This document shows, in pieces, positions 52,413 through 63,128 of a stretch of DNA of 64,000 nt; position 1 is the stretch's first letter; each line of letters begins with the position of its first letter. The notes beneath the pieces are model-generated. The model was not told the DNA's origin and did no database searches. It was given only the letters and a program-made list of their open reading frames with translations. The DNA is from an uncultured Chthonomonadaceae bacterium (lineage in GTDB: Bacteria; Armatimonadota; Chthonomonadetes; Chthonomonadales; Chthonomonadaceae). The stretch is taken from positions 224,001-288,000 of the forward strand of contig CAWFQB010000005.1 in the NCBI GenBank assembly GCA_963817895.1, given 5' to 3'. The position numbers and the translations under genes are program-made.

Positions 52413-53942
52413 TGCGATAATGGCGTGTATCGGCTGGCCGTGATCCATGGCGAGACGCTTGCGTCCGGGCACTTCCAGACGGCGCGAATCTAACCCCATC
52501 TGGCGCAGCACAGTCGCGTGAATGTCGGTGATGTAGTGGCGGTCTTCTACGGCATGGAAGCCCAGTTCGTCGGTGGCTCCGTGTGTTACGCCGCCCTTTA
52601 CGCCGCCGCCGGCCAGCCAGGCGCAAAAGCCCTGCGGATGATGGTCGCGCCCCGAACCCTCCGCGCCTGGTGTGCGCCCGAACTCCGTGCCCCATACTAC
52701 AAGCGTATCGTCGAGCAGTCCACGCTGCTTCAAATCGGCCAACAGCCCGCCGATGGGCTGATCCACCTGCGCGGCGAGCGAGGTATGATTGTTCTTGATG
52801 TCGGAGTGCGCGTCCCACGCGCCGCCCCCGCCCCCGCCGTGAAAAATCTGCACGAAGCGAACGCCGCGCTCCACCAATCGCCGCGCAACAAGGCACTGCT
52901 CCCCGAACGATTTGCACTCCGCCCGATCCAGTCCGTACATTGCGCGCGTTGCCAGATTTTCTTTCTCCAGCTGCAGCGTTTCGGGAACGGCTGTCTGCAT
53001 TTGAAAGGCCAATTCGTAGGCTTTGATACGCGCCCGCAGCTGCCGGTCATCAGGATAATCAATGCCCGCCAGATGGTTGAGCTTGCCGATAAGACTGAAA
53101 TCCGCCGCCTGCTCTTCATTAGTAATGCTTGCATCAGCGGGAGCCAGATACGGCAAGGGTCGCTTCACATCCACATTCAAGCGGACGCCCGCATATTCGG
53201 GGCCAAGGTAAGATGCGCCGTGCGTCCACGCGCCGCCGCAGCAATCCCCGGTCGGCTGTCCCAACACCACGTATTCGGGCAGGTTCTGATTGAGTGTTCC
53301 CAATCCATAACAGACCCACGAGCCGAGCGTGGGGTGCGCCCCTTCGCGCACATGACGACCCGTTTGGAACGTCAATTGCGCGCCATGATCGTTGTCCAAT
53401 GTCCACAGCGAACGGACAACGGCGAGATCATCCGCACACGCGCCCACATGCTGAAACCAATCCCCCACCACCAGCCCGCTTTTGCCATACGCTTTGTAGC
53501 CGGTCTGAATGGGCATAATTACTTTGCGGTTGCCGTGCGCGGGATTGCCGCCGACGATATTGGCGTTGACGCGCCTGGGGTCCAGTACGCTTTTGTACGG
53601 CGTTTCCTCAATGGATTTGCCCGCATACTTGTTCAGTTCAGGCTTGACATCGAAGCTTTCCAGATGGCTGACACCGCCGCAAAGGAATATCCAGATTACC
53701 GATTTCGCTTTGGGCGTGAAATGGGGAAGGCGAACATCCAAACCTGCATGATTGGGCGCGTTCACCGCTTTTGCAGCGCCAGCAGCTTTACTGGAAACAG
53801 GAGCCGCCTGCGCCTCGCCTTCCCGAAACAGCATCGCTCCCAGCGCCAATCCGGTAAAGCCCATGCCTGTATCCGTCAGGAATGCGCGCCGCGTCACGCC
53901 CCGGCAGCAATCTTTCTCAGCATTATCTTCATGTCCCGACAT
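52410..53942 (-). CDS. DUF1501 family protein with Tat signal
   Basis: TRRAFL, IFLCGGVSHLESFD, ARRLVERGVRFVQ, WDAH, TEFGRTP. Confidence 0.92.
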   Translation of the reverse strand: MSGHEDNAEKDCCRGVTRRAFLTDTGMGFTGLALGAMLFREGEAQAAPVSSKAAGAAKAVNAPNHAGLDVRLPHFTPKAKSVIWIFLCGGVSHLESFDVKPELNKYAGKSIEETPYKSVLDPRRVNANIVGGNPAHGNRKVIMPIQTGYKAYGKSGLVVGDWFQHVGACADDLAVVRSLWTLDNDHGAQLTFQTGRHVREGAHPTLGSWVCYGLGTLNQNLPEYVVLGQPTGDCCGGAWTHGASYLGPEYAGVRLNVDVKRPLPYLAPADASITNEEQAADFSLIGKLNHLAGIDYPDDRQLRARIKAYELAFQMQTAVPETLQLEKENLATRAMYGLDRAECKSFGEQCLVARRLVERGVRFVQIFHGGGGGGAWDAHSDIKNNHTSLAAQVDQPIGGLLADLKQRGLLDDTLVVWGTEFGRTPGAEGSGRDHHPQGFCAWLAGGGVKGGVTHGATDELGFHAVEDRHYITDIHATVLRQMGLDSRRLEVPGRKRLAMDHGQPIHAIIA

Positions 53943-54068
53943 TGGATGTTCCCTTCGATGATGAACATCAAGGAATGTTATTGCTCACTATGTTGTTTGC
54001 AAGTTTGCAAAGAATATTTTTTCTTGCTGCCGCAGGCTTGCTGCCCGTATCCTGTTGGATGGCTGACC

Positions 54069-56578
54069 TTAGCGAATAGTGACAAAATCGTTGTGGTTAA
54101 AAAGGGCTAAAACCAGATGTTCGCGGGCGCGCTGCGCTTGCGCGGCTGTCGGGACAGCAGCAGGCGGTGTCGGACTGGAACGCGCCGCTATGGTTTTTGC
54201 CGATGGCGCGACAGTTGACGAGGAATTACGGGCGCGTTCCTCTAGAAATGTCAGGCACAATTTTTGCTCCTGAAGTGTCGGACGCCGCGCCAGAACACGT
54301 ATAAATGCCGCGCCCACAAAACGCGCATTGTCATTTCCTGCCATTTCGGATAGCGTTTTTGCCAGCGCGCGGGCCTGCGTTAAGGCCAATTCGCTGTTTG
54401 CCAGCGCGAGTGCCTGCTGGGGTATCACACTCGGCTTGCGCTCGTAACACTCGGTCACGCTCGCGCTGTCGAACAGTTTGAGAAACTCCACTTCCTTTTC
54501 CGCAGCCGTACGCAGGTACAGGCTCCGGCGATGCGAAGTCAGCCCAAGATTGTGATCCACTTCCGGCCCGCCACGAGTTTCGTCCAGAGAACCCGCTACA
54601 TATAGCATGTTGTCGCGCACCGCTTCCGCTTCCATGCGGCGCGACGACATTCGCCACAGATACACATTGTCCGGGTCAATATGGGCATTAACGGCATCCG
54701 GCGTGGACGTCTGGCGATACGCGGCGCTGGTGACGATCAGGCGATGCAGGGGTTTCATGCGCCAGCCCTTTGCCATGAGTTCGGAAGCCAGCCAATCCAG
54801 AAGCTGTGGGTTGGAAGGCGGGCGTGTATTGCCGCCGAAGTTATCTACTGTCGGTACAAGCCCCTGCCCAAAATGCCGCATCCATATCTGGTTCACGGCA
54901 ACCCGAGCCGTGAGAGGATTGCTTGTTTGCGTGAGCCAGCGCGCAAAAGCCAGCCGCCGCCCCGTGCTTTGCGCGGGGTACGTGGTCAGGCTGCGGGGTT
55001 GGTACGCGGTTGTAAGCGGCAGTTTCACCGCTTCCTGCGCCGTTCTCAGCGCGTCCTGTGCCGCCTGAACCGCTTTTTGCGCTTCGGCAATCTTCTTCTG
55101 CGCGTCTGCCGATTTAGGATCAACAGGGGTGGCCTTACCCTCAGCGGCGGGAACCAGAGGCGCAGACGGCGGCAGGGCGGCAAGCGCGCGGCGGGCAGTT
55201 TCCTGATTTAATTCGGCGATTCAGCGGCCTGTTCGCGCTGCCGGGCAAGGGTTTCCTGCGCCGCCTGCTTCCACTCCTCGCTCTCCTTTTTGCCGTCCTC
55301 CTCCAACTGCTCCACACGCAAAACAGCCAGCAAAGCGGCCTGGCGCGAGCGGGCAGCGGCAAGGCTAAGGAGGGCAGAATTGCGGTCTGAGGGAGTGGCG
55401 TTTTGCGCTGTATTTTGTGCCGCGCTAATTGCCTGTTCTCCGGCGGCAACCGTTTCCTGAATCACAAATGCGCGGCGGTCCGGCTGAACAGCAGCGCGCG
55501 GCAGGCTGACAGGGTGAATATCCAACTGTCCGCCGAGGGCGGCGGGAACGGCGGGAGTCAGGATGCGGGATTTATCGGGGTTACGCTCGTCGCCGCGTAT
55601 GAATAGATAGGTGGGAGCGGCAGCCTCGGCGTCATACGCGCTCACAAGCCCGTCTTTGGTTACATCCGGCTGATTGGGAACGCGGTCTGTGCGAACGTTG
55701 TGCGGCTCGAATACGGCGCGCAGACGATAGTACTCCTCCTGCCGGATGGGGTCGTACTTATGGTCATGGCATTTGGCGCAGTGCAGCGTCACTCCCATAA
55801 ACGCCCGCGAAGTATGATTAAGGGTGTCTTCCAGCCATTGCTCCCGGCTGAGCAGTTTGTAGTTACGGACAAGGAAGCCGGTCGCGCGCAACGCCTGCGT
55901 GTCTTCGGGGCAGAGTTCGTCCGCCGCCAGCATTTCCTGTAGCATCCGGTCGTAGCCCTTATCGGCGTTGAGCGACTCGACGATCCAATCGCGCCAGCGC
56001 CAGATAAAGGGCTTGCTGTCGCGTATCTGGTTGCCGTCCGCCCACCCTGCCCAATCGCTGTAGCGCCACACATCCATCCATTGCCGTCCCCACCGCTCCC
56101 CGTAGCGCGGACCGGCAAGCAGCCGATCCACCACTTTTTCATAAGCGTTTGGGGACGTGTCGGCTTCAAAAGCGGCCAGTTCTTCCGGAGTGGGGGAAAG
56201 CCCGGTCAAATCTATTGTGACGCGGCGCAGCAGCGTGGCGCGGGGCGCGGGTGGGCGTGGATGCAGCCCTCGCGCCTGCTGTTCTCGCGCCACAAAAGCG
56301 TCGATGGGATTACGCGCCCATACCGGATCAGCGGTTTTCGTATTGCCGCTTCTGGGCACGGTGGGACGGACAACGGGTTTAAACGGCTGCCAGCGATACG
56401 CCGTTAAAACCCGTTCCTGAATTTTTGCCGGTTCAATGCCATTGGCGGGCGCAGCGGCGGCAGGCGTGGCGAAATCCTGACGCAAACAGCAGACCGCCAG
56501 CAGCGCGGTTGCCATGCCGGAGGAGAAAATAGCCGCGAAGGAACGCGAATACACGAGTTGGAGGCATTTGTTTGTCAT
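54069..56578 (-). CDS. DUF1549/DUF1553 (PSCyt2/PSD1) protein; frameshift(s) near 55130-55215
   Basis: NPIDAFV, LLRRVTIDLTGL, YGERWGRQWMDVWRY, CAKCHDHKYD, NPLTARVAVNQIW, LLDWLA, RRMEAEAVRD. Confidence 0.88.
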
Positions 56579-56606
56579 GCGGATTTTGAAGATAAGCGGG
56601 CAAGCA

Positions 56607-57152
56607 TTACCCGACCGGGCCAACATCCTCACCTTTATCATGATCACCGAAGAGTTCCTTGTTCGCGTCATTGCCGATGTCGTCGGGGGCGTGGAGCAAT
56701 TCCACATGCGGCGCGGGTTCAGGGTGTCGCTCTGCTTCCTCTCCCGCATTTACGCCGACAGACGCTTCTTTAGCCAGCAATGCGGGCGGCGCGGAATACA
56801 TCTCTATCAGGTAGCCATCCGGGTCGTAGAAGAACAATTGTACAGCCCCGTCCGGGCGCAGGCCGTGACTGCGGAAGGTCTTGTAGCCCTTGCTTTCCAG
56901 ACACTCGCGCGCCTGGTATGTGTCCTCGATGCGCAACGCGAAGTGGTGGTGATGCCGCTCATCCGGGCTGATTGCGTCGTCCTCAATCAGATGCAGTTCC
57001 TGATTGCCCAACGCGAACCACGCGCCCCGAAAATTGAAGTTCGGACGCGGCAGCATCGGCAGCGCCAGAATGTTCTTATAGAAATGGACGGAAGCGTCCA
57101 GATCGCGCACATGAATAGCGACGTGGTTGAGTTCTTTTACGGTTAAGGGCAA
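56607..57152 (-). CDS. VOC/glyoxalase family protein
   Basis: LNHVAIHVRDLDASVHFY, HFAL, FFYDPDGYLIE. Confidence 0.88.
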   Translation of the reverse strand: MPLTVKELNHVAIHVRDLDASVHFYKNILALPMLPRPNFNFRGAWFALGNQELHLIEDDAISPDERHHHHFALRIEDTYQARECLESKGYKTFRSHGLRPDGAVQLFFYDPDGYLIEMYSAPPALLAKEASVGVNAGEEAERHPEPAPHVELLHAPDDIGNDANKELFGDHDKGEDVGPVG

Positions 57153-57171
57153 CAGAGTCTCCTTCGGAGGC

Positions 57172-57285
57172 GGTGTTCAGGTGTTCAGGTGTTCAGGTGT
57201 TCAGGAGTATAATTGGTAGATTTGTTGCGCTAAAGCAAAAGTGTTGCTCTTGCATTGTCCTGAACACCCGAACACCTGAACACCC
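57172..57285. repeat. inverted-repeat element with GGTGTTCA octamer arms
   Basis: (GGTGTTCA)x4 paired with TCCTGAACACCCGAACACCTGAACACC. Confidence 0.82.
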
Positions 57286-58245
57286 TTAATGCAGTGGGTC
57301 CACCACAAAGATCACGTTGAATTTGTTTAGGAAGCCGTCGCGTCCGTTGCAGGCCATTAAATGGGCGGCGTCCGCGTCGCTGAGTACGGCGTCGGAGGGA
57401 ATGGCGGTGCGAGCGGAACCACAGGCGCGCAACACAAGCGGGTTGCGCCCGCAGCGATCCAACTGCCGCGCCTGTTCCATGTTGTGCGCGTAAATCACGA
57501 TGCCGTGTTCCAGCACGTAGTCCGGGTCTACCCTCACGGTCCCCCACACTTCGCTGCCGTCCTGCCGCAGAATTTTGGGCGACATACAGCGCGCCAATTT
57601 ATAGCCCCGTGCGTCTATGATGACGGACGAATACGGTCCGCCGGTGGGAACGGGTTCGGGTTCCTGCGTATTGTAACGCGGCGGAGCGGCGGGCGCAGTA
57701 TCAACGGGGGCGGGTTCCGGGTCGCGGGAGGGTTCCACAGGCGGTTCCGGCGACCGTTCGCGGTTGCGCTGAATCTCTTCGGGCAGAAACGCGCGGGCTA
57801 TCCCCTGATCGCCATACATGTGCGTCAGTACGGTCACCTCCACCATGTTATCGCGCCCTACTTTGATATTGCGCTCGGAAATCACCTGCGCCCCCTTGAC
57901 GAGTCCCGACACCTCCGCCCGAATTGTATCCGACTGCGTTTCAAAATCCACCCCAACCGTATGCGAGTCTATACGAACGTGATCCACAACCATCAGCAGA
58001 TTGCGCAACGCGTCCAGTTTGGCGAAGCCGCGCGCTTTCAGATAGGCTTTGGCGTCGTTGTTTTCCGTGCGCGAAACCGCGCCCAACCCGGTCGCGTACA
58101 TCGCGCCATTCGTCCAGTCAATGCGCCCGTGTTCGTTGATGCGTTCGATGTCAGGCGTTTGTTTGCCGCCCGCCAGCGCAGGCAGCAGCAATCCGGCCAT
58201 AAAGGCGGCGCACAATGCGCGCGAAAGCCAGTGTTGTTTGTTCAA
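57286..58245 (-). CDS. secreted protein with LPP20-like N-terminal domain and a YxxxIIDARG C-terminal domain
   Basis: Signal peptide; IDWTNG..YATGLG..AYLKARGFAKLDALRNL..V..VRID; YSSVIIDARG..MSPKI. Confidence 0.7.
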   Translation of the reverse strand: MNKQHWLSRALCAAFMAGLLLPALAGGKQTPDIERINEHGRIDWTNGAMYATGLGAVSRTENNDAKAYLKARGFAKLDALRNLLMVVDHVRIDSHTVGVDFETQSDTIRAEVSGLVKGAQVISERNIKVGRDNMVEVTVLTHMYGDQGIARAFLPEEIQRNRERSPEPPVEPSRDPEPAPVDTAPAAPPRYNTQEPEPVPTGGPYSSVIIDARGYKLARCMSPKILRQDGSEVWGTVRVDPDYVLEHGIVIYAHNMEQARQLDRCGRNPLVLRACGSARTAIPSDAVLSDADAAHLMACNGRDGFLNKFNVIFVVDPLH

Positions 58246-58382
58246 TTCAAGTTCCTTTCAGATGCAAAAGACAGAAGACATCTTCACCACAGAGGCACAG
58301 AGACACTGAGGATTTACAGAGTATGAATACAGAGAAATGAGAAACGGTTCGTGATATAAAGTGGACAACGGACAGGAAAGAT

Positions 58383-59618
58383 TCACGGATGCCTTTCTAT
58401 GTTCGGCGCATGGGCGGCGCAGAGAATTAGCGGGCCTCGGTCGTTGAGAACGTGCAGGAGGGTGGGGGCAGATGCCGCTGTTCCTGATCCCTGCGCGGAG
58501 AAAGTAAGCGCGTTTTGCCGCGCTTTAATTGGCATGTGATTCAGCGCGGAAGCAGGCGACAGGGGAAATTGCGCTAAATCGTGGCGCAGGCTGCGCGTGT
58601 CCCGCCGCGTCAGGAAGCGCAGGGTTGTTTGCCGGGTTGCGCGTTGCTCGTCTACGAAACGGCGGAAGCCGCGCATGTCGGACAACATCTGTTTCAGGCG
58701 GTCGCACTCCGGCCCGCGCAGTCCTTCCACCCTCAGAGCGACCACGTAACCCTCCTGACGCTCCCGCGCCCACCGCGCCAGCAACATCGGCACAAACGTA
58801 GTTTCATTGTCGCCAATGGCAGACGTAGAAAGCGCGGCTGCGGCCTCGTGAAGCGCGTCCTCATCGCTCTGGAAACTGCGCCCGGACGCTTCCACGCGGG
58901 GCGCGGCCAGAACATCCTCGCTGACCGTGGAAATCGCCTGCAAGTTTAGCCGGATACGGCAGGCGGCAACCGAATCGCCAACTCCATACGGCGCGTCTTT
59001 GTCCCCCATGCGAACAGTGGGAACCACATCCAGCGCGCCCTTCAACACCACCTCCGCCGCGCCCTCGGAAGCCACTTCAAACCCCTGCGCCTGAAGCGCG
59101 TTGGACAGTTCCCGCTGAATCCGTTCCGCTGTTGCCGCGTATTCTCCCTTACCCGTAATCTGTACCCGCAGGCGCGGGCGTTCCAAATCCTTGTACACAT
59201 CGGCAATGTCGGACAGGCGGCGTACCAGCGAAACCAGTTCTACCGTTGCCCGCACTTCGATATGCAGAATACGCGGCTTTTCTTTTCCCTCCGCAGTCGG
59301 AACCGCAAGGGTTTCAATGCGCCGCGATCCCTCCACCACTTCCCACCGGCGCACAAAGCCCTCCGTTCGCCCCGAAATCTCGTCCTCCTCCACGCCGGAG
59401 TTCCGCCCGAGCGTTTTGGATTTGAGGAACAGCCCCACCGCCTGCTCGACCGCGTTGCGCTTGGCGTCCCAAACGGCCTCCTCCTGCGCGGCGGCAATGT
59501 CGCCATTAAACGCCGCCATGCCGGTTCCGGTCACGACAAGGGTTGAGGGTTCCTGCGAATACGCGGAACCTGCAATAAAGGAGAAAAGAAAAAAGAAGAC
59601 AAGAACCGCAAATTTCAT
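58383..59618 (-). CDS. secreted protein with FlgT N-terminal-like domain
   Basis: Signal peptide; VTGTGMA..AAQEEAVWDAKRNAVEQAVG; TAATG overlap with the upstream gene. Confidence 0.7.
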   Translation of the reverse strand: MKFAVLVFFFLFSFIAGSAYSQEPSTLVVTGTGMAAFNGDIAAAQEEAVWDAKRNAVEQAVGLFLKSKTLGRNSGVEEDEISGRTEGFVRRWEVVEGSRRIETLAVPTAEGKEKPRILHIEVRATVELVSLVRRLSDIADVYKDLERPRLRVQITGKGEYAATAERIQRELSNALQAQGFEVASEGAAEVVLKGALDVVPTVRMGDKDAPYGVGDSVAACRIRLNLQAISTVSEDVLAAPRVEASGRSFQSDEDALHEAAAALSTSAIGDNETTFVPMLLARWARERQEGYVVALRVEGLRGPECDRLKQMLSDMRGFRRFVDEQRATRQTTLRFLTRRDTRSLRHDLAQFPLSPASALNHMPIKARQNALTFSAQGSGTAASAPTLLHVLNDRGPLILCAAHAPNIERHP

Positions 59619-61354
59619 TAGCGCCCCTGATCCAGCAAAATGCCCACATGCCACAGGCGCAGGAATCCGTCGTGGCGCTCGGCTTCCAGGATATGCCGCC
59701 CGGTTTCCACGCTCACCACAATGGCGTCGTTGGAAATGTCAATCGCGCTGACAATCATCGGGTGCGCGCCTGTACGTGTCCGTTCCGCGTCGGCGTGGTA
59801 ATAGTCCGCCATGCCGTGATCTTCGACCCAATCAATGTCCGGCACATGCCGAACGTCGGGGTATATCTGGTTGCCGTCCGTGTCCACAATTCGCGCGCTC
59901 ATTGAGCGCAGAACAGGCAGGTCGCGGGCTTCCACCAGCAGGCCGGTGTACACGATTTCCGAAGGCGCGATCACGGCAGGCGTGATATGCGACGGCTCGT
60001 TCCGAATCGTGAGTTGGGCCGGGATAACCGAACTGCCGACCGCCTGCCGCGCATGGGCGACGGTCCCGGCAACCGCGTTCCCTTGCGAACGGTTGCGACC
60101 AGCCCGCGCCAGCAGATTGTTCCGATTGACGAGGCTGCCCACAAAACCCCAGTTGGCGGGTTCCAGCGGATGCAGAGCGTGGGAAGTCGGCCAGATTCCG
60201 TGCCGTATCGCCGTCAGCACGTAACTGTTGGCCCAGGCAGGCACAAGGCGGGCATCGGGCAGGACGCTTGCCAGCGCGGTGGGGTTAGCGGCGGCGCGAG
60301 AAGCGACCGGAACGCTGGAAGCTACCAGAGCGGCTAAAGCGCGTAATCGATTGAGGGGAGCGGACGCGCCCCCCGGCGTAAAAAAACGGCTGGCTTCGCG
60401 GCTTCCCCCTCCCAACACGCGCCGAAGTTCTCCCTGCCGGACAACCCGCGAGGGAGAACTGTACGCGGGCGGGCTGATAAACGGCGGCGTAAAGAATGGC
60501 AGCGGAGCGGACGCGGAGCGGGAAGGCGTCGGCACATAAACACGCCGGGACGCGCCTGTATTCGGGTCGGTATACGTCTTGGAACCAGAAGAATCAGGAT
60601 TGGAAGAGGAAGTATTGGAAGAAGCCGGATCGTCCGGCTGACGCACATTGTAGCCATCGGAGTCGCTTCTGTTGGAATCGCGATTGTTGGAATCGCTGCG
60701 GTCACGGGCAGGACTGCGTACGGTATCGGTATTTTCCGGGTCGGGAATGGCTTTCTCCGGCGCGGGGTCGGGCAGGCTGTTGGGGATGGCCTCTTCCCGG
60801 CGCGGTTCGTTGTCATGCGGCAGATACGCGCCCGTCACCCGCTTATGGAACTGGTTGGCGAGTTGCTGCATCAGGCGCATCACCTCGTCGCGGTTTCCGC
60901 CCACATTGGCCGCGCCGCCGGGCGTGACCCGTCCCGTTCGCACGTCCAGCAGGCGCGCGTTGACGAGCAGTTGATTATCTCGCACAAGGTAACTGCCGAC
61001 AATCAGGCGATCCGCGCCGAGCAGTTTGCCCACCTTCTTCACGTCCTGCGGTTCGGCCAGTCCGGTAGATTGCAGCTTCAATTCGGTCAGGGCTTTGCCG
61101 ATTTCGGCGCGTTCCACCATGTGCAGGCGTTCTGATTGCGCCAGATCGGTCAGCAGGGTATCGGCCAGAAAGCGTCCGAGTTCCTTATCCTGCCCGGAAA
61201 AGTCGGCGACTGCGATACTCAGTCCCGAAGCTGCGGCGGGCGTGGCGGCGGAAGAAGATGGGGGCGATGATTTCTGCGCCCAGAGCGGCATGGGCGCGAC
61301 CAGCAGGCAAACCGCGCCAAACGAGAACATGTGCCAGGTTCTCATAACGGGCAT
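59618..61354 (-). CDS. secreted CsgG/FlgO (TolB-N-like) domain protein with SLH-like motif and YTGLLVEAR C-terminal domain
   Basis: IAVADF..LVTDL-like..VERAEI..ALTELKL..VGKLLGADRLIVGS..NARLLDVRTG; PDARLVPAWANSYV..GIW..P. Confidence 0.75.
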   Translation of the reverse strand: MPVMRTWHMFSFGAVCLLVAPMPLWAQKSSPPSSSAATPAAASGLSIAVADFSGQDKELGRFLADTLLTDLAQSERLHMVERAEIGKALTELKLQSTGLAEPQDVKKVGKLLGADRLIVGSYLVRDNQLLVNARLLDVRTGRVTPGGAANVGGNRDEVMRLMQQLANQFHKRVTGAYLPHDNEPRREEAIPNSLPDPAPEKAIPDPENTDTVRSPARDRSDSNNRDSNRSDSDGYNVRQPDDPASSNTSSSNPDSSGSKTYTDPNTGASRRVYVPTPSRSASAPLPFFTPPFISPPAYSSPSRVVRQGELRRVLGGGSREASRFFTPGGASAPLNRLRALAALVASSVPVASRAAANPTALASVLPDARLVPAWANSYVLTAIRHGIWPTSHALHPLEPANWGFVGSLVNRNNLLARAGRNRSQGNAVAGTVAHARQAVGSSVIPAQLTIRNEPSHITPAVIAPSEIVYTGLLVEARDLPVLRSMSARIVDTDGNQIYPDVRHVPDIDWVEDHGMADYYHADAERTRTGAHPMIVSAIDISNDAIVVSVETGRHILEAERHDGFLRLWHVGILLDQGR

Positions 61355-61544
61355 ATTCCTTTCCAATTCCAACAAACAAGCGCGCGAACAGCAGCGACAA
61401 AATACAAACAGGCGTAATCAGGCATAGAAATACATAACGGAACCAAAAGGAGAGACAGAATCACACAGCCATAGCGTTGGCAGGAACAGCCGCAACATTG
61501 GCATTAAGATGTATACCAACGGCGCGTGAAAAGTTGGTGGTGTT

Positions 61545-61568
61545 GTAAGGGCTTGATTTATCAAGCCC
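61545..61568 (+). repeat. single REP-like palindrome
   Basis: GTAA-GGGCTTGAT-TT-ATCAAGCCC, same layout as the GTAG REPs. Confidence 0.45.
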
Positions 61569-61911
61569 GCTTGCCGCAACATCGAACTTTTAACATGTCG
61601 TCAGTATAAAAGCGTGGCGGAACAGCGGAGACGTCAGCAAGAACGCTGCCAGACGTTGCGGGAGTGTGCGGCACTCCGGGGCATCGTTGGGCAACTGCGG
61701 CCACATAGTAAGATTGTCGGAACGGGGGCGTATGCTCTGTATTCGCTTTCGCCGCGCAGAATCCTGCTCCCGAAAAATAATTCTTGAAAATTTTTACAGG
61801 ATTTTTCCTGACTCACGGCAAACCTTTGCAAGCGTGACGGCCAATTCGGGCTGTGCAGCATAAATAACCGCGAATAACCATTCAATGACCATTTCAAGAG
61901 GCGAAAACAAC

Positions 61912-63018
61912 ATGAAACCATTGCGCGTAGCGCTTGTCGGGTGCGGAGTTATCAGTCATGACCATGCCAGAGCGTTTGCGGATGCCCGCGCCAATCGCGA
62001 CCGGGCGCGTTTAGTCGCTTTTTGCGACACGGACGCGGAACGCGCGCAATCGGCATACAACACCTACGCCGAGGCGCTGGAAAAAAACACGGTTGTATCC
62101 ACGACGGACGCCACGCCGGGAGCGCAGGCGGCGTACAGTAATTCTACTATCACAACCTCTAGCGTAGAGGCTACGACTACGCAAAGTTATGCCGAAATAT
62201 TGGCGCGCGAGGATGTGGACGCGGTAGACCTGTGCCTGCCCCACCTGCTTCACGCTGATCTAACGATTCAGGCGGCACAGGCGGGCAAGCATATTCTGTG
62301 CGAAAAACCCCTCGCTCTCAGTGTCGAAGATATAGACCGCATGGAGGCCGCCGCGCGTTCGCATGGCGTTGTGCTAATGCATGGCGAAAACACGCGCACG
62401 GTTCCCCACGTCACCAAAGCGGCGGAACTGGCGCAATCAGGCGCAATCGGTAAAATCGTCGGCATACAGGGAACGTTCACGCACTGGCAGCGGGCGCAGA
62501 TGAATCAGGGTTGGCGCGGCGATCCCCACGAAGCGGGTGGGGGCGAACTGATAGACGGTGGTATCCACATGGTAGACATCATGCGGAATGTGGGCGGTGA
62601 TGTGACTGCGGTACAGGCTATGACCGGCACGTACCGCGAAGACACGGGCGCGGGCGAGGATTTGGCGGTCATCAACCTGCGCTATGCGGGCGGGCATTAC
62701 GGGCAGATGCTGTCCTGCCACGCTACGCAGGGACGGGGCGCGTCCCCCCTGCTCACGGTCTTCGGCATGGACGGCGTTATCAGTCTGGAAGCGTTTCGCG
62801 GCTCGACCGTGACCCTGTTCAAACCCGGACAGGAGCCGCAGGAGTGGAAAATGGCGTTCACCTGGCCCGAATCGTTCGTCATCGAAGTGACGCATTTTCT
62901 GGACGTGGTACAAAACGGCGCAACCCTGCTTTCCACGCCCCGCGACGCCAGAGAAAACCTGCGCCTCGTCTACGCCGCCTACGAATCCGCCCGCATCGGA
63001 AAGGAAATTGCATTGTAG
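61912..63018 (+). CDS. Gfo/Idh/MocA oxidoreductase
   Basis: VALVGCG, GKHILCEKPL, GGELIDGGIH. Confidence 0.92.
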   Translation: MKPLRVALVGCGVISHDHARAFADARANRDRARLVAFCDTDAERAQSAYNTYAEALEKNTVVSTTDATPGAQAAYSNSTITTSSVEATTTQSYAEILAREDVDAVDLCLPHLLHADLTIQAAQAGKHILCEKPLALSVEDIDRMEAAARSHGVVLMHGENTRTVPHVTKAAELAQSGAIGKIVGIQGTFTHWQRAQMNQGWRGDPHEAGGGELIDGGIHMVDIMRNVGGDVTAVQAMTGTYREDTGAGEDLAVINLRYAGGHYGQMLSCHATQGRGASPLLTVFGMDGVISLEAFRGSTVTLFKPGQEPQEWKMAFTWPESFVIEVTHFLDVVQNGATLLSTPRDARENLRLVYAAYESARIGKEIAL

Positions 63019-63128
63019 ATTTTTCTGCTGCTCTGTAACACTTTCGTGTCTTATTGGGAATACCATATCATGCAGGGAAGAAAGCCGCCACTAACCGGAC
63101 ACGAACCGCGCAGACAAGGAGAGCGCCG

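Noticed and set aside
51199..54110. Long antisense ORFs (51199-52917, 52518-54110; likewise 341-1555, 9876-11084, 20005-21225, 30798-32012, 46663-47943)
   Set aside because: Shadow frames opposite well-supported genes in GC-rich DNA, with no recognisable motifs.
59618..61354. Curli secretion system
   Set aside because: Only a CsgG-like domain is present; no curlin repeats or csgE/csgF nearby.
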